Part shown: in pieces, positions 8,911-18,180 of the stretch
Layout of the letters: every line of letters begins with the position of its first letter
Position numbering within the stretch: position 1 is the first letter of the stretch
NCBI GenBank assembly: GCA_021826925.1
Contig: JAKAYB010000001.1
Location: forward strand, 1 to 40,339
Direction of reading: 5' to 3'
Length of the DNA: 40,339 bases
Source: Thermoplasmata archaeon
GTDB lineage: Archaea; Thermoplasmatota; Thermoplasmata; Thermoplasmatales; Thermoplasmataceae
Notes under the pieces: model-generated
The model's database searches: none
What the model was told of the DNA's origin: nothing
The model's input: only the letters and a program-made list of their open reading frames with translations
Position numbers and translations under genes: made by a program

Positions 8911-10473
8911 ATGGTCAGTGAAAATTTTCTTAGGCTAAAAGAAAGTGTTTTTGATGAGCTTGGAATAAAAAAATCAAATTCTGGAATATTCGTTGGTAAA
9001 TGGATTCCGTTAGAGGATCATAAAACAATAGAATCAAGAAGCCCTATTAACGGCGAAGTTCTTTCTACAGTTTCAGTAGCCAACCGAAAAGATTACGATC
9101 AGATGATGTCCTTTTCAGAAAAAGTGTTCCATGAATGGCGTGAAATCCCTGCTCCCAAAAGGGGCGAGATTATTATGTCTGTTGGAAAGGCGATTCAGAA
9201 TAAAAAGAAAGCACTTGGCGCCATGGTTACTTTGGAAGCAGGCAAGATAAAGTCAGAAGGCGAGGGAGAGATCCAGGAGATGATAGATGTGTCCTATTTT
9301 GCCACAGGAATATCAAGGCAGCTATATGGTCTTACCATGGCAAGTGAGCGCCCTGATCACATGCTGTTTGAGCAATGGAATCCACTTGGAACGGTTGGCG
9401 TGATTACATCGTTCAACTTTCCAGCATCAGTGTGGTCCTGGAATGCTTTCATAGCCGCCGTTGCAGGAGACAACGTCGTTTGGAAACCCTCCTCCAAGGC
9501 ATGTCTTACTGCTATAGCAGTGATGCATGTAGTATCAGAAGCACTTTCCGATGCTGGCTCACCGCCTATCTTCTCTTTACTGGTGAGCAGAGGATCCGAC
9601 GGTGGGGAATGGATCTCCAGGGATCCGAGAATTCCATTGGTATCATTCACCGGCTCCACGGACGTTGGAAGGAATCTTTACGGCAAGGTTGCATCTAGAT
9701 TGGGGAGGGTCATTCTTGAACTAGGGGGAAACAATGGTGTGATAGTCTCTGAAAAATGTGATCTTGATCTGGCCATCAAGGGAATATCCTTTGGTTCCTT
9801 GGGAACAGCTGGGCAAAGATGCACTACCACCAGGAGGGCCATAGTTCATGAAAAAATTTATGATGAGTTCATATCTAAATTAAAACGCGTTTATTCAACT
9901 GTAAAAATCGGAGACCCATCATCCGATGATGTTATAGTCGGTCCCCTGATCGATAAGACTGCTGAGAAGAACTTCCTCAATGCAGTGGAAGAAGCTCGTT
10001 CTGAAGGAGGAGTTATCATCTATGGTGGGACTAGAGCTGATATCCCAGGCCTTGAAAATGGAAATTACGTCGTTCCGGCAATAATAGAAGCAAATGAAGG
10101 GATGGGAATAGTCAAGAAAGAAACATTTGCTCCGATTCTGTATGTCATAAAATACAGGGACTTTGAGGAGGCGTTAAGGATCCATAACTCGGTACCGCAG
10201 GGGCTCTCTTCTGCAATATTTACCAACGACATAAATGAAGAAGGGCGTTTCCTTTCGCCACACGGTTCTGATTGCGGTCTCGTAAACATAAATACAAGCA
10301 CATCTGGAGCAGAAATCGGTGGCGCCTTCGGCGGCGAGAAAGAAACCGGTCTCGGAAGAGAGAGCGGAAGTGATTCATGGAAATATTATATGAGGAGGCA
10401 AACCGTTACCAGGAATTACGGAAAAACGATCCCTCTATCACAGGGCGTAGTCTTCGATGCAGGCGAAAATTAA
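8911..10473 (+). CDS. NAD(P)-dependent aldehyde dehydrogenase, ALDH7 (antiquitin/aminoadipate-semialdehyde dehydrogenase)-like
   Basis: Contains the ELGGNN Glu motif and the catalytic Cys in GTAGQRCTT. EGEGEIQEMIDVSYFATGISRQ and FNFPASVWSWN resemble ALDH7-type sequences as I recall them. Confidence 0.8.
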   Translation: MVSENFLRLKESVFDELGIKKSNSGIFVGKWIPLEDHKTIESRSPINGEVLSTVSVANRKDYDQMMSFSEKVFHEWREIPAPKRGEIIMSVGKAIQNKKKALGAMVTLEAGKIKSEGEGEIQEMIDVSYFATGISRQLYGLTMASERPDHMLFEQWNPLGTVGVITSFNFPASVWSWNAFIAAVAGDNVVWKPSSKACLTAIAVMHVVSEALSDAGSPPIFSLLVSRGSDGGEWISRDPRIPLVSFTGSTDVGRNLYGKVASRLGRVILELGGNNGVIVSEKCDLDLAIKGISFGSLGTAGQRCTTTRRAIVHEKIYDEFISKLKRVYSTVKIGDPSSDDVIVGPLIDKTAEKNFLNAVEEARSEGGVIIYGGTRADIPGLENGNYVVPAIIEANEGMGIVKKETFAPILYVIKYRDFEEALRIHNSVPQGLSSAIFTNDINEEGRFLSPHGSDCGLVNINTSTSGAEIGGAFGGEKETGLGRESGSDSWKYYMRRQTVTRNYGKTIPLSQGVVFDAGEN

Positions 10474-13400
10474 ATCTCTATCTCATCTTTCTTCTTATGT
10501 TTACCGAATATGTACACGGCAACTCCAATATAGCCTATGATTGCTGCATATATCAGTAATGTAACGCCAAGCCAGAGGAAATTTGAATAGCCTAGTTTCA
10601 CAATCTGGCTTTCATAAAATACTCCGTTTGCCAGCCTTAGAACAACTACAACATAATAGGTCTGACCGGGCAAGATACCGGTAACATAAGTGGAGCCCGT
10701 TGTATTCGATTGGAAGTTTATAACCCTCTCTCCGCTTGTAAACGAAGGATTGTTTGCAATATACACCTGATAAGCTTGAAAACCAGGTCCTTTATATGTA
10801 GACCATGAAATGTAAGAAAAGTAAAACATGAACGGTATGTCTGATAGTATCCTGATCTTGAATATGTTTACTAATGATACGTTCAGTGGTATAAGACTTA
10901 TATTGAATAATGTGTTCGAAATTATTGTCAAGTTTTTATGAAACGGAACATACATGGATTCGTACGCCGTTATATTGTACACTCCTGGTTTGTAAAAGAT
11001 TACATAATATCCAGTTGAGTTGGAATAAGAGTTCATGGTCTTATTAAGTGATACGTTTACTCCTTTTATCCCAAAATTAAACAGTCTATCAGTAACATTA
11101 CCGTGTAGTTCCACCCAGCTTGCATTTGTTGGTTCCATTATAACAGTCTTCGATACGTTAATTCCTGGATAAAGAGTAACATTCCAGTAAAATTTATGAA
11201 AACCTGGAAAACTAGCAGTAACGTTGAAGTTCTTAACTGGTTTTACCTGTTCACGGTAATAACCGTCAATTCCTTTTATGGTTGTCCCGTTGAATGTTAT
11301 GTTTCCACCTGAAGGTGAAATGAAGACAGAAACATTTATAGCGTTAGGGGATAGTGAGACGTTTATACTTCCTCCTGTGACATTCTCTTGAAGTCTTGCA
11401 AAACCTAATGTACTTATCGAGATATTATTGTTAATTCCGGATAGTATAGGTATGTGTTCTTTGGATGAATATGACATATGATGAAGGTAGTCTATAACCA
11501 CTGAAGAGTTGAATTTATCATAATAACTTAAGCCACTTGAAATGCTTAGATTAGAAAGTGCTACATTCGGGACAAATATTGTTCTATATGCAATCATTTC
11601 GCTACTTGAAAGGCTGGTGGTGCTGTTTACTGATACGTTATAATAGCCTGAGTGTGAGAAACTTATGTTATCGCTTGGTTGCCTAACTCCGTTCAAATAC
11701 CAGGCAATGTTTGAACGTGCTGGTGATAGCGAGAAGATGCCAAATACGGGATCTGAGAAATTCATATAGTACTGTATGGATTGAGAAGGTGAATTCGGTT
11801 CTTTTGAGCTTTGGGTAATCCCATAAAAGAAATTTACACCAGAAGTCGAGCTATTCCAATCAACGGTGCTGTTATAATTGCTGAGGTATGAGAAATAATC
11901 GCTTTGTTCCACTGTAGAATGAACGGTTGTTCCGTTAACGAACTCTGATATATGAGAGAAACTAACCTGGCTTAAGAATGTTAGGTTTGTTCCGGAGCCT
12001 TGCTGCCATACGCCAACAGATGGATTCGCATAGCCTGCAAAAGAAAGGAATACAGGTAGAGTAGTGGAAAATGTTTGATTCAGATCTTTTGCCACAATGG
12101 TGCCTTTAGTATAGTTAATGGAAAGAGTTGCGTATATTGCAGCGCTGTTAACCAAGCTAGACGTTTTGTAAACGTGGCTATATGTAATGTTTCCATCTCG
12201 CAACATTAACTTCAGCGACTGAGTATCGTTCGATACCGCTAGACCAAAAAGAGCATAGTTTGTAGAATTATCGTAAAATCCAACGAAACTAAATGTGGTC
12301 CCGTTGTCCGGGAGGTAAGATCTCGGCCCGAAGTTAATGGTGGCCTTTATTCCAGTGGCATTATAACTTTCTCCCATGAATTTAACGACACTCCCGTAGC
12401 CTTGCAAAATTTTCGAAGATATGTTTACTAGGTTTGATACGATCGGTGTACCGAGGCCTGTAACCGGATTCCATCCAGGAGTCACACTGTAATATCCGTT
12501 GTTTCCAGGAGGTAGGATTTGTGTGAATGAGTCATTATAATATTTTGTTCGTGCAATTTGGTATAATAGTGGGTTTGCCGAACCAAAATTCACATCGCTT
12601 TTTTCTTTTATTAGAGTAGTTACTGCTGCCCATATTGGCGTACCAACACTTGTACCGCCTATAGCTCTTGGCAATCCCTGAGATATAACATATACTGGAG
12701 AATAGGTACTGGCGATCATCGATACATCCGGAACACCTCGATGACTCCCTGAAAATCCGGCAGCAACTTCCCATGACTGGTTGCTGAAATACTGACTGTA
12801 ACCTCCCCCGCTTCCATAACTATTCGTGCCTCCGTTACTACCTCCCCAAGCAGTCTGTTTCCAAACACCATTGCTATTGTATAGATAAGTTCCGCCAACT
12901 CCAGTTACGTAAGGATCGGATGCCGGGAAATTAACCGTAAGCTGGCTTTGTCCATCGTAGGCCCCGCTGTCTCCTGATGCCGCGACAATGGTTATGTTCT
13001 CTTCCGCGGCTTGTTGATATATTTTGGAGTATAGTTGGATTGTCTGATTATGTAGTAGACTTTCCGCAATTCCCCAACTCAGTGATAATATGTTTGCGAG
13101 TTTATTATCTACAGCATAACTCACGGCTCCCTGCAAAGTGTCAGAAGTAGCATTTGGTGCTACGATCAAAACTATATTGGCTCCAGGAGCCATAGCGTGC
13201 GCCCACTCTACATCGGTTGCAGTTTCAAGAGCCCAGCTTGAATTGGTTACAAGGGGAACATTGTTGTTTGCATAATCTATTGTTAGGTTTATAGGTGCAA
13301 TTTTGTTAACGGAATCAAAGGCATATACATCGTATCGTATATTCGGATCTCCATAAGCGTCGACAATGCCTATTGTGATTCCCTTTCCAGTTATTCTATG

Positions 13401-13847
13401 ATTATGTAGCCAGTTAAAATCATAGGCGCTAGCAACTGTCCTCGGACCATATGAAGCCGGAACTAGATTGCCTTGGACACTCTGTGCAGCGCAAATCATC
13501 GGATTCATCACCTGATTATTTCCCAACGACCACGAAAGGCCAGGAATGTTTGAAAGATCGCTCTTGAATATTGTAACTTTACTTTGGGGAACATTTACAG
13601 ACAAAAGCGATCCTAGCGCACTAGCTGTAAGACCAAAGCTATTAAGAAGGGATTGTACCTGAGCATTCTGCTGTGAATTCTCTCCAAGATAGATTATGAA
13701 ACTGGTTGAATTTGATGGAGCTCCTGAGACAGAACTCTCAGAATCACGAATAATCTGACTTGATCCGATCTCTGGAGCAATAATGACAATGGATGAAAAT
13801 ATCATTATCAAGACGACAGACAAGACGGTTATACGACGAACGAACAT
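10470..13847 (-). CDS. Membrane-anchored S53 (sedolisin/kumamolisin-type) serine-carboxyl peptidase with large glycosylation-rich C-terminal extension
   Basis: The N-terminus has a hydrophobic signal-like segment followed by a pro-region. The catalytic domain carries SGDSGA and the GGTSVGTP Ser motif. About 650 further aa contain CarboxypepD_reg-like and FN3-like beta modules. A C-terminal TM helix (LWLGVTLLIYAAIIGYIGVAVYIF) is followed by a KHKKKDE tail. Confidence 0.85.
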   Translation of the reverse strand: MFVRRITVLSVVLIMIFSSIVIIAPEIGSSQIIRDSESSVSGAPSNSTSFIIYLGENSQQNAQVQSLLNSFGLTASALGSLLSVNVPQSKVTIFKSDLSNIPGLSWSLGNNQVMNPMICAAQSVQGNLVPASYGPRTVASAYDFNWLHNHRITGKGITIGIVDAYGDPNIRYDVYAFDSVNKIAPINLTIDYANNNVPLVTNSSWALETATDVEWAHAMAPGANIVLIVAPNATSDTLQGAVSYAVDNKLANILSLSWGIAESLLHNQTIQLYSKIYQQAAEENITIVAASGDSGAYDGQSQLTVNFPASDPYVTGVGGTYLYNSNGVWKQTAWGGSNGGTNSYGSGGGYSQYFSNQSWEVAAGFSGSHRGVPDVSMIASTYSPVYVISQGLPRAIGGTSVGTPIWAAVTTLIKEKSDVNFGSANPLLYQIARTKYYNDSFTQILPPGNNGYYSVTPGWNPVTGLGTPIVSNLVNISSKILQGYGSVVKFMGESYNATGIKATINFGPRSYLPDNGTTFSFVGFYDNSTNYALFGLAVSNDTQSLKLMLRDGNITYSHVYKTSSLVNSAAIYATLSINYTKGTIVAKDLNQTFSTTLPVFLSFAGYANPSVGVWQQGSGTNLTFLSQVSFSHISEFVNGTTVHSTVEQSDYFSYLSNYNSTVDWNSSTSGVNFFYGITQSSKEPNSPSQSIQYYMNFSDPVFGIFSLSPARSNIAWYLNGVRQPSDNISFSHSGYYNVSVNSTTSLSSSEMIAYRTIFVPNVALSNLSISSGLSYYDKFNSSVVIDYLHHMSYSSKEHIPILSGINNNISISTLGFARLQENVTGGSINVSLSPNAINVSVFISPSGGNITFNGTTIKGIDGYYREQVKPVKNFNVTASFPGFHKFYWNVTLYPGINVSKTVIMEPTNASWVELHGNVTDRLFNFGIKGVNVSLNKTMNSYSNSTGYYVIFYKPGVYNITAYESMYVPFHKNLTIISNTLFNISLIPLNVSLVNIFKIRILSDIPFMFYFSYISWSTYKGPGFQAYQVYIANNPSFTSGERVINFQSNTTGSTYVTGILPGQTYYVVVVLRLANGVFYESQIVKLGYSNFLWLGVTLLIYAAIIGYIGVAVYIFGKHKKKDEIEI

Positions 13848-13881
13848 CAGTTGGGCATTTAAAAAAGGCTATTAATAACTT
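13848..13881. promoter_or_regulatory. 34-bp bidirectional promoter region between the S53 peptidase and priS
   Basis: The whole spacer is cagttgggcaTTTAAAAAAggctATTAATAActt. TTATTAAT is centred about 27 nt from the minus-strand ATG, and TTTAAAAAA about 20-23 nt from the plus-strand ATG. Confidence 0.4.
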
Positions 13882-15057
13882 ATGTCCTTAACCCATGCAT
13901 TGTTTGGTAGAAACGAATCGGATCTAAAGCTTCAAAATTTATTTCAGAAATACTATTCTAGCTGGTCCTTGCCTGCAGTAGATAAGCTTCAATCCAGGGA
14001 AATCGGTTTTATTCCGTTCTTCGGAACGATGACACGTCACAGATCCTTCAATGACGTACGCGAACTCTCTCACTTTGTTTCAAATGTTGTTCCCAGACAC
14101 ATATACTATTCTTCAGCCTATTATGAATATCCGGAAGAACGCGTTATGAAAGACAAAAAGTGGCTTGGAGCAGAGCTTATATTTGACCTGGATGCAGATC
14201 ACATACCTGGTGCTTCCAAGATGACGTACGAACAAATATTAAAGGAAGTAAAGAAACATACTCATAGACTCATTTTTGAATTTCTCCTGGGAGACATCGG
14301 GCTGGAAGAAAAAGATCTGAAAGTATTCTTCTCCGGAGGGAGGGGATACCACGTGCATGTTGTGAGCGACTGGATATATTCTCTAAGTTCTGATGCCAGG
14401 CGCGAAATCGCGAATTATGTTAGAGGTGAAGGCTTTTCTCCCGCCGACCTGAGGAGAGCCATGCTGGAAACTCCAAGTAAAATGAGTGGATGGAAAAAAA
14501 GGATAGATGACCAGGTTGTAAATTTCTATACACTTCTGAACAAAAGCGATCAATACGCAGAAATTCTCTCTAAAGTCTTTGGTACTGAGAAAAAGATTTC
14601 AAGTTATGTGGAGAACTTGAACAAGATCATAACTGGAAAGAGTGTCAAAAAGATTGAAGTGTTCAGAACAGAAGGGATCGAGAAATATCAGTATATGGAT
14701 GTCAACGATCAATTGGTGTTTTCGAAAATAATGGACTCAGTTATCAGTGATCAACAATGTGAAATAGACGAACCTGTAACGACAGACATTCACCGTCTCA
14801 TTCGGATGCCTCAAAGCCTGCACGGAAAAAGTGGATTGATTGTGAAGCCAATTCATCTTGACGAATTTGAAAGTTTCGATCCCTTAATTGATGCCAGAGT
14901 ACCGGAATTCTCAAATCAGGAGCTGACGGTCAATCTTCCAAGAGATTTCAGTATGAGCTTTGGAGGTATAACGTATAAACTATCTGAGGGGATCAATAAG
15001 TTGCCCGGGGATTTTTCCATTTTTCTCGTCGCAACCAAGATAGCTAATTTTGTATAA
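13882..15057 (+). CDS. priS: DNA primase small (catalytic) subunit PriS
   Basis: AEP-superfamily catalytic motifs are present: ELIFDLDADH and FSGGRGYHVHV, plus the downstream HRLIRMPQSLH. Confidence 0.9.
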   Translation: MSLTHALFGRNESDLKLQNLFQKYYSSWSLPAVDKLQSREIGFIPFFGTMTRHRSFNDVRELSHFVSNVVPRHIYYSSAYYEYPEERVMKDKKWLGAELIFDLDADHIPGASKMTYEQILKEVKKHTHRLIFEFLLGDIGLEEKDLKVFFSGGRGYHVHVVSDWIYSLSSDARREIANYVRGEGFSPADLRRAMLETPSKMSGWKKRIDDQVVNFYTLLNKSDQYAEILSKVFGTEKKISSYVENLNKIITGKSVKKIEVFRTEGIEKYQYMDVNDQLVFSKIMDSVISDQQCEIDEPVTTDIHRLIRMPQSLHGKSGLIVKPIHLDEFESFDPLIDARVPEFSNQELTVNLPRDFSMSFGGITYKLSEGINKLPGDFSIFLVATKIANFV

Positions 15058-15124
15058 TTATTAATTAAGAATAACTATCATAAGCTTATTATAAGTTGAG
15101 GTGATAACACTTTGGTGTCATGAA

Positions 15125-15544
15125 GTGGAACTAAAAAATAGTAAAACATTAGAGAACTTGAAAGCTGGTTTTGCTGGCGAATCCCAGGCCAATAGGAGAT
15201 ACATGTACTTTGCGCAGAAAGCTGATGAGGAAGGGTACCAGGAGATAGCAGCAACTTTCAGGACGACTGCAGACGGAGAGACAGCTCATGCCTTTGGTCA
15301 CATGAAATACCTTGCCAAAGTAGGGGATCCGGTCACAGGAGAACCTATAGGAACAACGGAGGAAAATCTCAAGTCTGCGATTGCGGGCGAAACTTATGAA
15401 TACAGCCAGATGTACCCCGGTTTTGCAAAAGTTGCCAGGGAAGAGGGTTTTGAGGATATAGCTCACTGGTTTGAAGTCCTGACAAAAGCGGAGAAGTCAC
15501 ACGCAAAGAAGTACCAGGAAACTCTTGAAGCAATGTCAAAGTGA
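15125..15544 (+). CDS. Rubrerythrin-family di-iron protein lacking the rubredoxin domain (sulerythrin-like)
   Basis: The di-iron ligand motifs are GESQANRRY, GETAHAFGH (ExxH), GETYEY and AEKSHAKK (ExxH). The protein ends without any CxxC pairs. The ORF is open from GTG 15101, but GTG 15125 gives MELKNSKTLENLKAGF, collinear with the sulerythrin N-terminus as I recall it. The start is uncertain. Confidence 0.85.
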   Translation: MELKNSKTLENLKAGFAGESQANRRYMYFAQKADEEGYQEIAATFRTTADGETAHAFGHMKYLAKVGDPVTGEPIGTTEENLKSAIAGETYEYSQMYPGFAKVAREEGFEDIAHWFEVLTKAEKSHAKKYQETLEAMSK

Positions 15545-15549
15545 GTTTC

Positions 15550-16125
15550 ATGGCAATAAATGAGATCTATCGTTCTGAGATAGCTCTCCCGATCGAATAT
15601 GAAAAGGTACGCGAGGAAGAGAACCACAAAGCGATCAGCATTGAGAAACAGAGACGAGTTTCGACAAGGACTTTCAGTTTTCTCTTCGAGTCAAGAGACC
15701 TTGTAAAGAACCAGATTCAAGAAATGGTCTACCTGGAGAATGTTAAAACAGATGAAGAGATAAGTGATCTCATAGAAACATATACTGATCTTCTTCCAAC
15801 GGAGAGGACACTCAGTATCTCGATGTTCATTGAATTCGAATCTGAAATGCAGATGATGCGTCTCATGAAGGAACTCACGGGCGTGGAGGATCAAGTTTAT
15901 CTTGTTTTTGACGGAACCGAAATCAAGGCCACGCCTGAACCTGGGCGTTCCACAGATACGCTGGAAGCTACATTGCAGTACCTGAAGATTCATTTCAACA
16001 ATGATACTCTAGGGAAGTTTAAGAACTGCCACAAGTGCACTATAGAAGTCAGAAGAAGAGGCTACGAAGAAATCGGGAAATTGCCAGACGATCTACTATC
16101 TCAGCTCAAAAGCGAATTAAATTAA
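15550..16125 (+). CDS. DUF3501-like protein (uncharacterised), with C-terminal CxxC
   Basis: FLFESRDLVKNQIQEMVYLE resembles the conserved FE...QIQEM core of DUF3501 as I remember it. About 190 aa. A single CHKC motif lies near the C-terminus. The start is ATG 15550, or GTG 15541 overlapping the rubrerythrin stop (GTGA). Confidence 0.6.
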   Translation: MAINEIYRSEIALPIEYEKVREEENHKAISIEKQRRVSTRTFSFLFESRDLVKNQIQEMVYLENVKTDEEISDLIETYTDLLPTERTLSISMFIEFESEMQMMRLMKELTGVEDQVYLVFDGTEIKATPEPGRSTDTLEATLQYLKIHFNNDTLGKFKNCHKCTIEVRRRGYEEIGKLPDDLLSQLKSELN

Positions 16126-16196
16126 CTTAATAATATTTCTAATTTATTTGAAATGCAATAGGACAAAATTATCTAATAGGTTTCGCATTACATTTT

Positions 16197-17336
16197 ATGA
16201 TCGAAGCTTCATTGACAGATGATGAAAGAGCCGTTTTGGAATACGTTAAAGAATTTGCGCAGAAGGAAGTAAAGCCCCTCGCAAGGGATATAGACAGGAA
16301 AAAAGAGGTTCCAAGGAAACTTATCGATAGAATGGCTGAACTAGGCCTGTTTTCAAGCACTATCCCAAAGAAATATGGGGGCTCCGGACTCAGTTTTAGC
16401 TTTTTTGTCAGAGTTATGGAGGAGCTTTCAAAAGCCTGCGCAAGCACAGCATTAGTTCTAGACGGTGCAATTACACTATTTGCGGATCCAGTCAATCGGT
16501 TTGGGAGTGAGTCCCTCAAACAAAGGTACCTTACACGTGTAGCCAAAGGGGAAGTAGGCGGTTTGGCTATAACCGAACCTGGAGCTGGAAGTGATGCGGC
16601 ATCGATAAGGACAACAGCTAGAAAAGAAGGAGACAATTATATTATTAACGGAGATAAAATTTTTATTTCCAATGGAAGGATCGCAAGATTCTTTGTTGTT
16701 GATGCCGTAACGGCACCTGAAAAAAAACATAGAGGAATATCTACATTCGTGGTCGATGCTGATACGCCAGGTTTTAGCATAAGCAGGGATATAGAAAAAC
16801 TCGGTATTAGGGGAAGCAGCACAGTGGAACTGGAGTTTCATGATGTGGCAGTTCCTGAAACGAATCTGTTGGGCAAGGAAAACGAGGGTTTTCATGTTAT
16901 AATGGAAACTCTAGATACAGGAAGGATAGGGATAGCGGCACAGGCCATTGGAATAGCAGAGGCGGCGTTCAGCGAGGCGATGGATTATATAAAACAGAGA
17001 AAGCAATTTGGTACAGAGATATCCAACTTTGAAGGTGTTCAGTTTATGATTGCAGATATGGCCACAAGGATAGATGCATCAAAGCTTTTGACGTACAAAG
17101 CTGCAGAGATGTTTGATCTTGGGGAGAATGCTGTGAAGATCTCTTCTGAGGCGAAGCTTTACGCATCGGACATGGCCATGAAGGTTACTACTGATTGCCT
17201 TCAGCTTTTTGGCGGGTACGGCTATACCACGGACATGGATGCAGAAAGGCACATGAGAGACGCTAAGATAACGCAAATTTACGAGGGAACAAATCAGATC
17301 CAGAGGATTATCATTGCCAGGGAGGCATTAAAATAA
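16197..17336 (+). CDS. Acyl-CoA dehydrogenase
   Basis: 379 aa. Contains GLAITEPGAGSDA, the C-terminal catalytic-base region YEGTNQIQRIIIAR, and FGGYGYT. Confidence 0.9.
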   Translation: MIEASLTDDERAVLEYVKEFAQKEVKPLARDIDRKKEVPRKLIDRMAELGLFSSTIPKKYGGSGLSFSFFVRVMEELSKACASTALVLDGAITLFADPVNRFGSESLKQRYLTRVAKGEVGGLAITEPGAGSDAASIRTTARKEGDNYIINGDKIFISNGRIARFFVVDAVTAPEKKHRGISTFVVDADTPGFSISRDIEKLGIRGSSTVELEFHDVAVPETNLLGKENEGFHVIMETLDTGRIGIAAQAIGIAEAAFSEAMDYIKQRKQFGTEISNFEGVQFMIADMATRIDASKLLTYKAAEMFDLGENAVKISSEAKLYASDMAMKVTTDCLQLFGGYGYTTDMDAERHMRDAKITQIYEGTNQIQRIIIAREALK

Positions 17337-18157
17337 TGATTTATCTGGGCTGCTCTGGGTGGAACTATGATGATTGGAGAGGAAGTTTTTATCCACGAGG
17401 CACTGTAGACGAGCTGAAATACTACGCAATGGTATTTGACACCGTTGAGGTTAACTCCACATTCTACAGGGACTTTAAATCTGCGACACTCAGGTCATGG
17501 ATATCCCGTGTAAAGCAGAATTCAAGATTCAAGTTTACTCTGAAACTACCTCAGAAAATATCACACGAGGAACTTTTCAGTTCCCCCCATACTGCCGTAT
17601 CGGATATTTCCGATTTTCTGGAGGATACGGTTTCAATCTTTCAGGAAAAAAACGCCTTGGGTGTGGTTCTTTTCCAGATTCCGCCGCATTTCACAAAGAG
17701 TCTTGAATCTGTACTGATTGGTATCCTTTCCCATGTGGACACTTATAAAACCAAGTTCTTCGTGGAATTCAGAAATAAAGCTCTGTACAATGACATAGGT
17801 ATCAGAAAGGGCTTGAATGAAATCAACGTGGGTATAGTGCGTATCGATAGTCCAGATATCATGCTCAAAGATTTTTATGAAGATGATTTTGGGGAAGTCT
17901 ATTATCGTTTTCATGGCCGAAATAGTGCAGAATGGTTCTCCCCTCTTCAGTCGGGCCAGGGAAAATATAGCTATCGTTATACCAAGGAAGAACTTTCTGA
18001 TCTGTCATCGACAGTTAAAGAAAGCATAGGGCACAATGATGAAATATTCGTATATTTTAACAACCACCCGAATGGAAATGCACCTGTTAACGCGATGGAA
18101 ATGTCAGAAATGCTTAATCTAAGTAATGGCGTTGCTTGGAGGCGCCTGGAAGTTTAG
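17336..18157 (+). CDS. DUF72 (UPF0759/YecE-like) family protein
   Basis: The N-terminal YLGCSGWNYDDWRGSFYP is the DUF72 hallmark. The ATG overlaps the acyl-CoA dehydrogenase stop (TAATG). Confidence 0.8.
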   Translation: MIYLGCSGWNYDDWRGSFYPRGTVDELKYYAMVFDTVEVNSTFYRDFKSATLRSWISRVKQNSRFKFTLKLPQKISHEELFSSPHTAVSDISDFLEDTVSIFQEKNALGVVLFQIPPHFTKSLESVLIGILSHVDTYKTKFFVEFRNKALYNDIGIRKGLNEINVGIVRIDSPDIMLKDFYEDDFGEVYYRFHGRNSAEWFSPLQSGQGKYSYRYTKEELSDLSSTVKESIGHNDEIFVYFNNHPNGNAPVNAMEMSEMLNLSNGVAWRRLEV

Positions 18158-18180
18158 CAATTCTCCTGAATGGTGAGCAT

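Noticed and set aside
13770-13847. Arg-Arg pair (MFVRRITVL...) at the N-terminus of the S53 protease as a possible Tat signal, given tatAC in the window
   Set aside because: The n-region is only 3 residues and the context (RRITVL) fits the S/T-RRxFLK consensus poorly. The tat genes are 22 kb away. A Sec-type signal or anchor is at least as likely, and predictor or experimental data are needed.
16169-17276. Several minus-strand ORFs (155, 139, 61 and 65 aa)
   Set aside because: All lie antisense within the acyl-CoA dehydrogenase gene. They are shadow ORFs.
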